Positions 9,111 to 17,305 of a stretch of DNA of 64,000 nucleotides are shown one piece after another. Location: contig LR991653.1 in NCBI GenBank assembly GCA_905171695.1, positions 1,338,150 to 1,402,149 of the forward strand. The letters are read 5' to 3'. Positions within the stretch are counted from its first letter, which is position 1. Each line of letters starts with the position of its first letter. The position numbers were made by a program, and so were the translations under genes. The DNA comes from Candidatus Methanoperedenaceae archaeon GB37 (lineage in GTDB: Archaea > Halobacteriota > Methanosarcinia > Methanosarcinales > EX4572-44). Under the pieces are notes generated by a model. It made no database searches, had not been told where the DNA came from, and was given only the letters and a program-made list of their open reading frames with translations.

Positions 9111-10004
9111 TTACCTGCTTACCTGCGCGCCTGCGCCTATCATGGTTTTATACTCGATTGAGTCTATGTCATGTTCTCTGAAGGCTTGCTTCATCGCATT
9201 GGCTATTCTATCGCGCTGGTTGAGCCTTGAGACTGCGATCATGGTTGGTCCTGAGCCGCTGATCGTAACACCGAGTGCGCCAGCGGCAGTAGCAGCCTTC
9301 TTCACGTCCATGTACCCTGGTATGAACTGTGAGCGTAGTTCCTCTATCACGTGATTCTCCATACCGAGTCCGATCAATTCGGGATCGCTTCTGAGCATGC
9401 CAGCGGTCATGAAAGCAGCGCTTCCGGCGTTGAAGACGAAATCGCTCATCTTGATCTTTAGAGGGAGGATCTTGCGCGCCTTTTTCGTGTTGACCTTCAC
9501 GAAGGGAGAGACCGCGGTTATCCCGATGTTCTTGGGTTTTATGCTGACAATCCTTCTCTCATGCACGATATTGAATCCTCCGAAGAGGGCTGCTGCCACG
9601 TTATCTGCATGTGGAATGCCCGCCGATACTCGCTCTCCTTCTGCTGCTATCCAGACGAGGTCCTCTCTTGAATGACCTGTGTTGTGGAGCACGTTTATCC
9701 CGAGTGCTGTTGCAGCGGCAGGTGCTGCACTGCTGCCAAGCCCGCTTGATATTGGGATCTCTGCGTGAATGGTTATCTGCACAGGATGACCCATCGCCTC
9801 TGCAACGATCCCTGCAGTATTCTCTTCAGGACTTGTCGGCACCTTCTCGCCATAAGTTCCGGTAACATCTATCGAGGTCTCATCACTGCTGCTCTCTGAG
9901 ACTTCAACGATGAGCCTTGGCTTGTCCAGTGCTATTCCGAAGATGTCAAAGCCTGCGCCGAGATTCGCACTCGTTGCGGGTGCTCTGACCTTCACAGATC
10001 TCAT
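9111..10004 (-). CDS. thrB: Homoserine kinase
   Basis: From the internal ATG at 10004: MRSVKVRAPATSANLGAGFDIFGIAL...PISSGLGSSAAPAAATA... (GHMP kinase motif), 297 aa. The upstream 168 codons of the 465-aa track ORF are low-complexity and overlap the divergent HIT gene. Confidence 0.85.
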   Translation of the reverse strand: MRSVKVRAPATSANLGAGFDIFGIALDKPRLIVEVSESSSDETSIDVTGTYGEKVPTSPEENTAGIVAEAMGHPVQITIHAEIPISSGLGSSAAPAAATALGINVLHNTGHSREDLVWIAAEGERVSAGIPHADNVAAALFGGFNIVHERRIVSIKPKNIGITAVSPFVKVNTKKARKILPLKIKMSDFVFNAGSAAFMTAGMLRSDPELIGLGMENHVIEELRSQFIPGYMDVKKAATAAGALGVTISGSGPTMIAVSRLNQRDRIANAMKQAFREHDIDSIEYKTMIGAGAQVSR

Positions 10005-10061
10005 TCTCAGCAAAAGAGATATATTCCGAGTATTAATAGATGGTGGTGTGGAGAGGATCGA

Positions 10062-10487
10062 TTGATGGAGTCTGAGTGTATATTCTGCAGGATAGTTGAT
10101 GGAGAGGTTCCGTCTGTGCGTGTCTATGAGGATGGTGAGCATCTTGCTTTTCTTGATGCAAATCCACGTTCCGAGGGGCATGTGCTGGCGATTCCGAAGG
10201 AGCATATAACAACTCTTGACGAGCTTGGAGACGAAGAGATAGCAAAGCTCTTTGTCGTGGTAAAACGGGTTGCAGAAGCCCTGAAGGAGAGAATGGGGGC
10301 AGAGGGATACAACGTTGTGAGCAACAACGGAGAGATCGCGGGTCAGGTGATACCTCACGTGCATATCCATGTAGTGCCGCGATACGCTGCTCAGGAGAGC
10401 AGGGCTGGCTTTGAGTCGGTATTGCCGGTCGACAGAAAAGCAAAGAGTCGGCTTGAAGAGGTTGGAGCGCGATTGAAGATCCAGTAG
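10062..10487 (+). CDS. HIT-family (histidine triad) nucleotide hydrolase
   Basis: 141 aa with CIFCRIVDGEVPS...ANPRSEGHVLAIPKEH...IPHVHIHVVPR (HxHxHxx triad). Confidence 0.9.
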   Translation: MMESECIFCRIVDGEVPSVRVYEDGEHLAFLDANPRSEGHVLAIPKEHITTLDELGDEEIAKLFVVVKRVAEALKERMGAEGYNVVSNNGEIAGQVIPHVHIHVVPRYAAQESRAGFESVLPVDRKAKSRLEEVGARLKIQ

Positions 10488-10889
10488 GGATGAAGAATTT
10501 GACTCCATGGTTTGCAGAGATCAGCATAGTTATACAAACCTGAACACAATATGGTCAGGAGATATTACGCCGAGTACGGTCTGCTAAGCACTGTGTGACG
10601 TTATTTGTAATGATCATCTCTAAATTTCCTACTTCTTTTTTCATAGCCTATCATCTGTAAACTCAAATCACACACAAATGTAATATATAAATAAAACGAT
10701 TTTTAGTTGTTAAATGGCACATATTGGCTTATACGATGCTGTAATTGAAGTCAAATTATGCAAGAATAATTTTTCGGCTCAGAGTAACGTTTGTATACCG
10801 AGGACATTATTCACGTGCAAAATATGTACGATAATATATTTAAAAAATAATTACTTAATAAAAGTTTCAATTAAAAAATTTAGAAATAT

Positions 10890-11105
10890 TTAAATGAAAT
10901 CTTTAAATGTTTTCTGTTTTTTGTATACTGGCAAAATTTTGGCACTCCGAACGGCTGAATCATTAAATTTCATATCGAATTTTTCCTCAAGTAGGGCTTT
11001 ACCTTCTTTACAAGCTTTTTCTCGATACTTATCACTAGCAAAAATATGGCCTTTCCACTTGTTAGCTATATAACTTTCTAGCCATCCTTTCGGGGACCCG
11101 TCCAC
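10890..11105 (-). pseudogene. 3' part of a gene split by the IS6-like element
   Basis: The frame opens exactly at the IS terminus (V/M)DGSPKGWLESYIANKWKGHIF... The 5' part is ORF 11772-12188(-), which ends inside the other IS terminus. Confidence 0.5.
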
Positions 11106-11794
11106 ATAGGATTATAAATATGGGAGACTATCTTTTATTTATGCTGAGGGTAAGGGAAATTGTTGAAGAGTTGAAGGTGTTTGAGAGGAATAAGGTTCCT
11201 TTTGAGGTTAAGGTTCTCGGTGTTGCAACCTATATTCAGACGTCTTCTGTGAGAAGGACTGCTAGAATTCTCTCTGAGCTTCATCCAGTCTCTAAAACCT
11301 CTGTTTGGAACTGGATACGGAAGTTTGAAGAGAAATTGCCTGTTGTATCAGAGAAGAAGAGAAGATACTCTATAGCATTGGACGAAACAGTTGTTAAATC
11401 AAATAAAAAGGCGTACTATGTCTATTCTGCGGTAGATGTTGAGAAGAACGAGTTAATTCTGATGAGAGTTTATACAAACAGAAATTATCTTGTTTCAAGG
11501 TCTTTTCTCAAAGAAGTGCTAAAGTTCTGCGAGAACAAGCCAAGATTCATCGTTGATAAAGCTCCCTGGCTTATAGATGCACTGAAAAGCCTGGATCTGG
11601 AATTTGAGCATCAAACCTTTCGGAGAGAGAAACCTGGTTGAATCGGTGTTTTCTTCGCTAAAACATAGAATAAAGATATTCTTTTTCTCAATTAGCTCTT
11701 TTAACCCTGTTAAAAACTGGAATTTCTTCTGTAAGCTCTTTATGCTTTATTATAATCGGTTGAGGTGGTGTTTATATTAAGTGGACACGTCCCC
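11092..11794 (+). mobile_element. IS6-family-like insertion sequence (about 0.7 kb)
   Basis: 14-bp terminal inverted repeats GGGGACCCGTCCAC (11092-11105) and GTGGACACGTCCCC (11781-11794), 12/14 complementary. It carries a single transposase gene. Confidence 0.75.
11120..11780 (+). pseudogene. IS6-type DDE transposase with a frameshift
   Basis: The 173-aa ORF reads ...SIALDETVVKSNKKAYYVYSAVDVEKNELILMRVYTNRN...IVDKAPWLIDALKSLDLEFEHQTF and then stops (RREKPG*). The conserved continuation GERNLVESVFSSLKHRIKIFF...YYNRLRWCLY* is in the +1 frame, ending at 11778-11780. Confidence 0.7.
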
Positions 11795-12188
11795 ACTTCT
11801 CCATTTTTAAATCGAATTCTTCTAAATGTCTTCCTTCACGAAATTCTTCTGCTAGATAGGCAGGGCAAACAAGTATTGATTCCATGTATTTATCATGTTT
11901 ATCTGAGATTTGATTTCTATTATTAAAATCCTGTTCTAGGTCACAATCTTGGGTTAAAACAATAATATACGGCACATTTTTTTCTACAACATTATATTTT
12001 GATCCTATGTCATCAGCATATTGCATTTCTAACAATAGCATATCTCTTAAAATATCTCCCTGATAGACCCTTCCGTTATTACGCTTACAGTATTGAGTAT
12101 CAACTTTTGAGGGAAACATAGGCAACGACCCTTTTTCTTGCCTTCGTTTTGGGGTATTTTGAAACATCCAATTCGACATCGTATTCAT
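11772..12188 (-). pseudogene. 5' part of the IS-disrupted gene (unknown function)
   Basis: Reads ...GRVYQGDILRDMLLLEMQ...VPYIIVLTQDCDLEQDFNNRN...ILVCPAYLAEEFREG...MEKWGRVHLI*. The last codons are IS terminus sequence. The true start is probably an internal Met (12167 or 12119) because the 5' end overlaps ORF 12100-12303. Confidence 0.45.
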
Positions 12189-12303
12189 TCATGGGTTCAT
12201 TAATGAGTCTTTTAGAGACATTAATAATCTTATTTTTAACTATAGTTTCTGTTTCGTATTCATCATCTGAAGAATACTTATTTTCCGTTTCAGTGGAATT
12301 CAT
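12100..12303 (-). CDS. Small acidic hypothetical protein (67 aa)
   Basis: Its ATG overlaps the stop of the upstream gene (ATGA at 12300-12303), which suggests translational coupling. The sequence is rich in D/E/T. Confidence 0.4.
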   Translation of the reverse strand: MNSTETENKYSSDDEYETETIVKNKIINVSKRLINEPMNEYDVELDVSKYPKTKARKRVVAYVSLKS

Positions 12304-13037
12304 AATGAATCCTCCTCAATTATTTCTTTGATCTTAGAACCGATACTCTCCTTAAATTTTATCTTTACTAGGTTGTGCATATTATTCAATAAAGTAAACG
12401 TTTCGTTGAAATCACGAGGCTCTTTTGTGTAGCAATCATAATCCAACACAAATTCCCTTTTTGATATTGGATTCGGGAACTCGCTGTTGTACATCCCATA
12501 TTGAAATTTCATTAGAAAGTCATCGTAATTATAAACTATTGTGCCCATACATCTTGCTAAAGTTTTTTTCTCGCTTACAAATTCTAACGATTTAAATAGA
12601 TTTGAATTGATCCAGTTCTCCCAATCAAACGGATTTCCCTCATTTAGCGTTATTTGGTTAATATATTTTAGGCCCAAACGCGCACTGTTTCCTTCTAAAT
12701 TCAATTCATCTATAACAGTCTTTATTAATTTTCTAAAACGTTCAAATGATAAATATTTGGAAACCTCTATCCAAATGGCATTCTCATCAATATGAATCCA
12801 TTCGGTTTCTTGCTCATTCTTAAAATCAAAAGTCTCACTTCGTCTCCTTATGGTTTTTTGCTCGTTTGCCCCCATCATAACTTCAACAGTCTCTAACTGA
12901 CCTTCATTATATTTAGGCAACTCATCCTTTATTTTTTCTTTCGCTTTTCTTAGATAGTCTATAGGGATTTTTTTACGCTCTTCAAAATCGATTTTAAAAA
13001 CAACTTTTGTTAAAAAATTGTCTCTCCCCTCAACCAT
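12300..13037 (-). CDS. Hypothetical protein (245 aa), first gene of a three-gene minus-strand unit
   Basis: Long uninterrupted AT-rich ORF. GGAGG lies 8 nt upstream of the ATG (13043-13047, minus strand). I could not confidently assign a family. Confidence 0.55.
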   Translation of the reverse strand: MVEGRDNFLTKVVFKIDFEERKKIPIDYLRKAKEKIKDELPKYNEGQLETVEVMMGANEQKTIRRRSETFDFKNEQETEWIHIDENAIWIEVSKYLSFERFRKLIKTVIDELNLEGNSARLGLKYINQITLNEGNPFDWENWINSNLFKSLEFVSEKKTLARCMGTIVYNYDDFLMKFQYGMYNSEFPNPISKREFVLDYDCYTKEPRDFNETFTLLNNMHNLVKIKFKESIGSKIKEIIEEDSL

Positions 13038-13177
13038 AGTATTCCTCCGTTTTGCTTAATTCAATTTTATCCATCGCGTGTAGAGATTAGGTGAAGGGTG
13101 TTAAAAAAACTTTCCGTTTCATCTTTAAAACCAATTCCCTCTCTTATTGAAAATTTGGGTCTTCGCCTCGCGAAGCC

Positions 13178-13195
13178 GTTTAACCCCCGTTATGC
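13178..13195 (-). repeat. Short-form junction site (E6): GCATAAC-GGGG-GTTAAAC (minus-strand reading)
   Basis: The plus strand reads GTTTAAC-CCCC-GTTATGC. It is adjacent to the perfect hairpin CTTCGC-CTC-GCGAAG (13161-13175). Confidence 0.4.
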
Positions 13196-13315
13196 CGGGT
13201 TGCGTAGCAATCTGGTTCATGTTTCTTCCTCTCGTTTTCTTCGTTAAACGAATCCAAGCCCTGTTTCTTTTGGTGGTTCAGGTCTCCTTTCCTCCGGGAA
13301 GGAGAATTGGAAATT

Positions 13316-13394
13316 TTGGCTAACGTTCTGCGGATAAAAGAAGTTGCCGAAGGCAATTTGGACGAAGCGTAGCGAAGCCTTTTATTAGATGATG
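13316..13394 (-). repeat. Long-form attC-like structured repeat (E5), decayed copy
   Basis: About 90% identical to 14323-14408 over TAACGTTyTGCGGATAAAAGAAGTTGCCGAAGGCAATTTGGrCGAAGCGyAGCGAA. Relative to that copy it lacks 7 nt (CCGCTGT), which removes half of one stem arm. Confidence 0.7.
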
Positions 13395-13410
13395 TGCGGA
13401 GTCCATATTA

Positions 13411-14259
13411 TCAATAGCCTCCAAAGAATCTTATAAAATCAATAAACCAATGAAATGTAATAGCAGTCTCTAAATTTCGTTTATATTGTAAAAATGCCAT
13501 CGGCAATCCAAATAAAAAACTGGTAGATATTAGCATAAATAGAGCACCTGGTATATTATGTATCCATAATTCTGGAAAGTGAATTAAACTGTGTGGAACT
13601 ATACCAAAGAAAAAACTAATTATAACTGAGTATTTCCTCTCAACCTTCCCTTCCAATAAATAAAATATGAAATTCATAGTAAAAAACCTAAATATAATCT
13701 CTTCAGAGATTCCTGGTGCTAAAGCTAAAAAACCTGCACTAAATATGTTTGTCCATTCAGCCTCACCTAAAGTCAGTCTAAAATAGATGTAATTTATTAA
13801 TGCAAAAGGTAATGCAACTATAAGACCTATTAAAAATGACTTAAATAATGATTTATACTTCTGTAATATGAGTAATGACTTGTTTCTATTACTTCCACCC
13901 GATAATAAACTACCTCCAAGAAATGCAACAAATGTTACAATAGAGTTAATTACTACTGTGAATATGTCTGTTTGTTGAATAAAACTAAAATAACTTATAC
14001 CCGATAACAATATTCCAAGCGCAATATATCTTAAACTCAACCACTTAAATTTCTTATAAATTACTATTAAAGCAAGACAAAATATATAATATTCTGTCCA
14101 TGTCCAGGCTCTATATGTAAACCCAGAATCCTGTTTACTTAGTGTATGGACAATTGAAATTATGTATATTAAAACAAATATGGTGAACAAAAGTATGGTG
14201 TATATAAAATATTTCTTGAAATTATTATTCATATCTTTATTTAAAACAACGCTTCTCAT
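13411..14259 (-). CDS. CPBP-family intramembrane glutamic endopeptidase (CAAX protease/Abi-like)
   Basis: 282 aa, polytopic. It has the three CPBP motifs: GISEEIIFRFF (EExxxR), FGIVPHSLIH (FxxxH) and ITFHWFIDF (HxxxD/N). Confidence 0.75.
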   Translation of the reverse strand: MRSVVLNKDMNNNFKKYFIYTILLFTIFVLIYIISIVHTLSKQDSGFTYRAWTWTEYYIFCLALIVIYKKFKWLSLRYIALGILLSGISYFSFIQQTDIFTVVINSIVTFVAFLGGSLLSGGSNRNKSLLILQKYKSLFKSFLIGLIVALPFALINYIYFRLTLGEAEWTNIFSAGFLALAPGISEEIIFRFFTMNFIFYLLEGKVERKYSVIISFFFGIVPHSLIHFPELWIHNIPGALFMLISTSFLFGLPMAFLQYKRNLETAITFHWFIDFIRFFGGY

Positions 14260-14322
14260 TATATCTTGATTCCTCTCTTTCTTTTTCTTTAATCAATATT
14301 CCAATTACCATCACATTAGCAT

Positions 14323-14408
14323 GTCATCTAACGTTTTGCGGATAAAAGAAGTTGCCGAAGGCAATTTGGGCGAAGCGCAGCGAAATCTTTTATCCGCTGT
14401 TATATGAC
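14323..14408 (-). repeat. Long-form attC-like structured repeat (E4)
   Basis: Minus-strand reading: GTCATATAAC-A-GCGGATAAAAG-(38 nt incl. TTGCCTTCGGCAA hairpin)-CTTTTATCCGC-AAAAC-GTTAGATGAC. It has a perfect 11-bp stem pair, and the outer boxes are 9/10 complementary. Confidence 0.8.
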
Positions 14409-14462
14409 CCGAAGGGTAAGGTTGCAAAGCAACCATAGAGTACCGAACCCCGTCTAATATTT

Positions 14463-14927
14463 TCATTTTGGCTTACTATACCACTCTTTTTTTCCTTTAA
14501 GGAATTCATCCACTCCTTTTTTCTTAATTCTCCTTAGATTTCTTATATGGGCATCCCCGTGATTCGGCTTTAAAAAGTCCAGCTTCTCGCATGTTTCAAA
14601 TTCATCGCACTCCCAGCACCCCTCAAATCCTCTCTTCTGGCAACATTTCCTTATCTTGCAGAAAGGCGGACCTCCACCACCTCTGCAAGCGTTCTTGCAT
14701 CGCATTTTTACTAATGCACCCAGCACTTCATAGCATTCACTGTAGTTCTTGTATGCGGCAAAGAACGGCATCGTAGCCAGGTATTCCGCTGTCTTGTCAA
14801 ATTTTGTCTCTCTTAATTCTTTTCTGAGATCCCTTGCCAAATCTGCCGCCTTTTGCCTGTATCCAATACAATCCCCACAATAAAGACCACAGTATGCGAT
14901 TAGGTCCTTGTATTCTTTATTATTCAT
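14463..14927 (-). CDS. Cysteine-rich protein (DUF3795-like)
   Basis: 154 aa with YCGLYCGDCIGY near the N-terminus and a C-terminal Cys cluster (CKNACRGGGGPPFCKIRKCCQKRGFEGCWECDEFETC). GGAGGT lies 8 nt upstream of the ATG. Confidence 0.55.
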   Translation of the reverse strand: MNNKEYKDLIAYCGLYCGDCIGYRQKAADLARDLRKELRETKFDKTAEYLATMPFFAAYKNYSECYEVLGALVKMRCKNACRGGGGPPFCKIRKCCQKRGFEGCWECDEFETCEKLDFLKPNHGDAHIRNLRRIKKKGVDEFLKGKKEWYSKPK

Positions 14928-14997
14928 TTCTTGACCTCCATAAATGACACTTTGAATCTCTTTAATATTTCTATTTCCAAAGGCAGGGTTCGGAATT

Positions 14998-15018
14998 TCA
15001 TATAACTATGTTATATCA
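14998..15018. repeat. Palindromic minimal site TCATATAAC-TAT-GTTATATCA at the boundary of the cassette region
   Basis: Read directly. It overlaps the stop codon (15011-15013) of the CcdA/DsbD-like gene. Its minus-strand half GTTATATGA-AATTCCG matches the conserved GTTnnnnGAAATTC motif. Confidence 0.7.
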
Positions 15019-16363
15019 CTCCGAGTTGGATCAGTGCGGCGAGTGCGAAGAGCGTTATCCCTGTTATGATGCGGAGGGCGACACGCCACTCTTCTCTGAA
15101 CGATTCAACCTTCTCTGGGGCAAGTCCCGTGGCGATGGCTGCGCCTATGAGAAGCACTGGGAGCATGACTCCGAGGTTGTAGATTGCAAGGTATAACATG
15201 GCACTTGATTTGCCGCTCTTTATCATCTCGAGTATTGCAAGGTATATGGCGCCGACACACGGGGCTTTTATAAGTGAGAAGAGGCTTCCGAGTATGAAGG
15301 ATGCTGGGAGGCTTGCACCTTCTATTGCTCGTTCGGTCATTTTTGTGAAGATTTTTGGTGTGCGGAAGGTCGATCTCTTGTTCTTCTCGGATGTGTGGAT
15401 GTGATATGCGTCGTATACCTGCCAGAGCCCGAGTGCTACGATTAAGAGAACCAAGAATGTCTGGACCCCTTCCTGCATCTCACTGCCGATGACTTCGAGA
15501 AGACCGATTCCGAATATCAGATAGGTGGTGAAGATCCCAGAGCTGAAGGCAATCACAATGTAGAGAACGTTTCTTCTCTTTCCAGTGGATGCAAGGGTGA
15601 TACTTGCTATGAATGCAATTATTGCAAATAGGCAGGGGTTCAATCCAGCAAATAGTCCCATGAGTAAGATTGAAGGTGGTGAAAGGTCTGGTCTAACGTT
15701 TATCGTCAGGTCTTCTGATGCAAAGGTATGGTTTGAATCGTTCAGATAGAGGATTGTTCTTGAGAGGAGCCGTCTGCCATACCCTGATTTCTCTACTCTG
15801 ACTTGGTAGGTGTACGAGGCTTTATCATGGGGCTTGAGTCGTGCGTTCCACGAGGTCTCTCCGCCGATGAGTGTTGCGTTCGAAGTGAGGCGTTCGGTTG
15901 CGTTGATCTCTGCACTCCTGTTGCCTGTGTTTGTGAGAGTGATTGTGACGTTGATGAGATCCCCAGGTGCAGTCGATGTCCTGTCTGACCTCTTCTCGAT
16001 CGTTATAACAGGTTTTCCTCCTAAGGATTCTTCGATCTCTCTAAGAAGGAGTCTCTTGAGGAGTGTGGTGTTGCCGTTGTAGTCTTCATAGCTAATGAGC
16101 GTTGTTTCATCTATCACGATGCTTGGGATCTCGAAGACTCCATAGCTCTTTGCCTTCAGGATTCCTTCGTCGTTCTTGAGGTTATAGATCTCGTAGTGTA
16201 CTTTTCCCTCGTATCTGTAAACGACCTCTTCAACGACTGGGCGTGCGTCCTCGCATCTTGAGCAGAGTGGGTCGTAGAAGTATTTCACGCTGATGGGAGA
16301 CCTGGCGCTGGCTGGTATTGAGGGGAGGAGTAGAAGTAAGAGGAGGAGTGGCAAGACTCTCAT
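15011..16363 (-). CDS. Thiol:disulfide transfer membrane protein (signal peptide + thioredoxin-like CxxC domain + beta-sandwich + CcdA/DsbD transmembrane domain)
   Basis: 450 aa with MRVLPLLLLLLLLPSIPASA; DPLCSRCEDARP; and a C-terminal polytopic region with GLNPCLFAIIAF and IKAPCVGAIYLAIL (the two conserved Cys of DsbD/CcdA). Confidence 0.7.
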   Translation of the reverse strand: MRVLPLLLLLLLLPSIPASARSPISVKYFYDPLCSRCEDARPVVEEVVYRYEGKVHYEIYNLKNDEGILKAKSYGVFEIPSIVIDETTLISYEDYNGNTTLLKRLLLREIEESLGGKPVITIEKRSDRTSTAPGDLINVTITLTNTGNRSAEINATERLTSNATLIGGETSWNARLKPHDKASYTYQVRVEKSGYGRRLLSRTILYLNDSNHTFASEDLTINVRPDLSPPSILLMGLFAGLNPCLFAIIAFIASITLASTGKRRNVLYIVIAFSSGIFTTYLIFGIGLLEVIGSEMQEGVQTFLVLLIVALGLWQVYDAYHIHTSEKNKRSTFRTPKIFTKMTERAIEGASLPASFILGSLFSLIKAPCVGAIYLAILEMIKSGKSSAMLYLAIYNLGVMLPVLLIGAAIATGLAPEKVESFREEWRVALRIITGITLFALAALIQLGVI

Positions 16364-16504
16364 GAAGATCTCCGTAACAGCCTCTTTTTTAATCTGCTTA
16401 GAGATAAAGCATAGGGGCAGGGCATGAAAAAGAGAGGGGGTTAGGGTGTGACTGAGGGGGAACGATCGGGTTTTGATCGGGTTTTATACTTCCCAGGCAG
16501 AGGT

Positions 16505-17137
16505 TTATCTTTCAAGTATCATCGTTGTTGTGGCGTTCATCGTTCTGCTGTTCATCACAAGAGTTGCTGTTACGCTGTGTATGCCTGGATCGAGCTTGGC
16601 ACAGCCTGTGCAGCTCGGTGTTGTGAATGTGAAAGGTATCTCGTTCTCACCCGGGCTCAGATTCACATACCTAACCTCTCTTATTTTATCTCTACCCAGC
16701 TTATTTGTGAGCCCTGAGACCGTTAGTTCTACGTCGGATAGTTCACTCTCAGCGAAGACTGTTACGTTCACATGCATCATCTCACCAGAGTGATATGTCT
16801 CGTTCTCTATGGCAATCACGAGAACTGGTTTCACGTCTTCTACTTTCAAGAGAGGGGTATCGTTCTGATCGCTGAATGTTCCCCAAAGCGCTGCATAGAT
16901 GCCGGCATTACCGTAATCATCGATGGTATCTGATATGTTCTCAAGTTTGATCGCTCCGTCAAGCATTCCGTCCCTGATCTCGCCCTCAAGAGAGACATGC
17001 TTATCTATGTATTCGCTCCCATTTGCGAGGAGCTCTCTTGGTGATAACTCTTCATATACGATCTTCTCTGTGCATCCCATGCCTGCAATAACTATTGCCA
17101 GGATGCCTATCAGGATCTTTGATCTTATTCCCTTCAT
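16505..17137 (-). CDS. Putative secreted lipoprotein, unknown function
   Basis: The internal start gives MKGIRSKILIGILAIVIAGMGC (signal peptide plus lipobox-like Cys). The 53 upstream codons of the track ORF lie in repeat/promoter-like sequence. Confidence 0.5.
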   Translation of the reverse strand: MKGIRSKILIGILAIVIAGMGCTEKIVYEELSPRELLANGSEYIDKHVSLEGEIRDGMLDGAIKLENISDTIDDYGNAGIYAALWGTFSDQNDTPLLKVEDVKPVLVIAIENETYHSGEMMHVNVTVFAESELSDVELTVSGLTNKLGRDKIREVRYVNLSPGENEIPFTFTTPSCTGCAKLDPGIHSVTATLVMNSRTMNATTTMILER

Positions 17138-17264
17138 CGTTACTGCCGTCCACTCGTACTCTCTTCTGGATAATCGGTCCCTCATCCAAACTCTCTCCTC
17201 GGGATGAATGCACCGATTCTCCAGGAGCAGGTTCTCTAATACTCGTTCTATAATATTAGTCTTA

Positions 17265-17302
17265 CCCAATCCCCATCTTCTATATATTATATCCATGGGT
17301 GG
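17265..17302 (+). repeat. Left copy of a direct repeat bracketing the type III-C island
   Basis: CCCAATCCCCATCTTC (17265-17280) ... TGGGTGG (17296-17302). The same two blocks recur at 24825-24840 and 24846-24852. Confidence 0.8.
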
Positions 17303-17305
17303 CGG

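Noticed and set aside
10005-10508. N-terminal 168-codon extension of the thrB ORF (the track gives 465 aa), and ORF 10033-10527(-).
   Set aside because: The extension overlaps the well-supported HIT gene on the opposite strand and has no kinase similarity. Canonical homoserine kinase starts at MRSVKVRAPATSANLGAGFD.
13161-14408. Interpreting the GC-rich structured repeats simply as rho-independent-like terminators.
   Set aside because: This is not fully excluded, since they do sit at gene 3' ends. However, terminators would not explain the unit-specific complementarity of the outer AAC/GTT boxes across whole genes, or the stemless palindromic junctions. They are therefore reported as candidate recombination sites, with this alternative stated.
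17138-17296. N-terminal extension of ORF 16505-17296, and a faint resemblance of ..WGLGKTNIIERV.. to the IS6 transposase C-terminal motif.
   Set aside because: The geometry does not fit an IS6 remnant because no terminus lies at the expected distance. Part of the sequence belongs to the direct repeat that recurs at 24825. The lipoprotein-like Met at 17137 is a better start.
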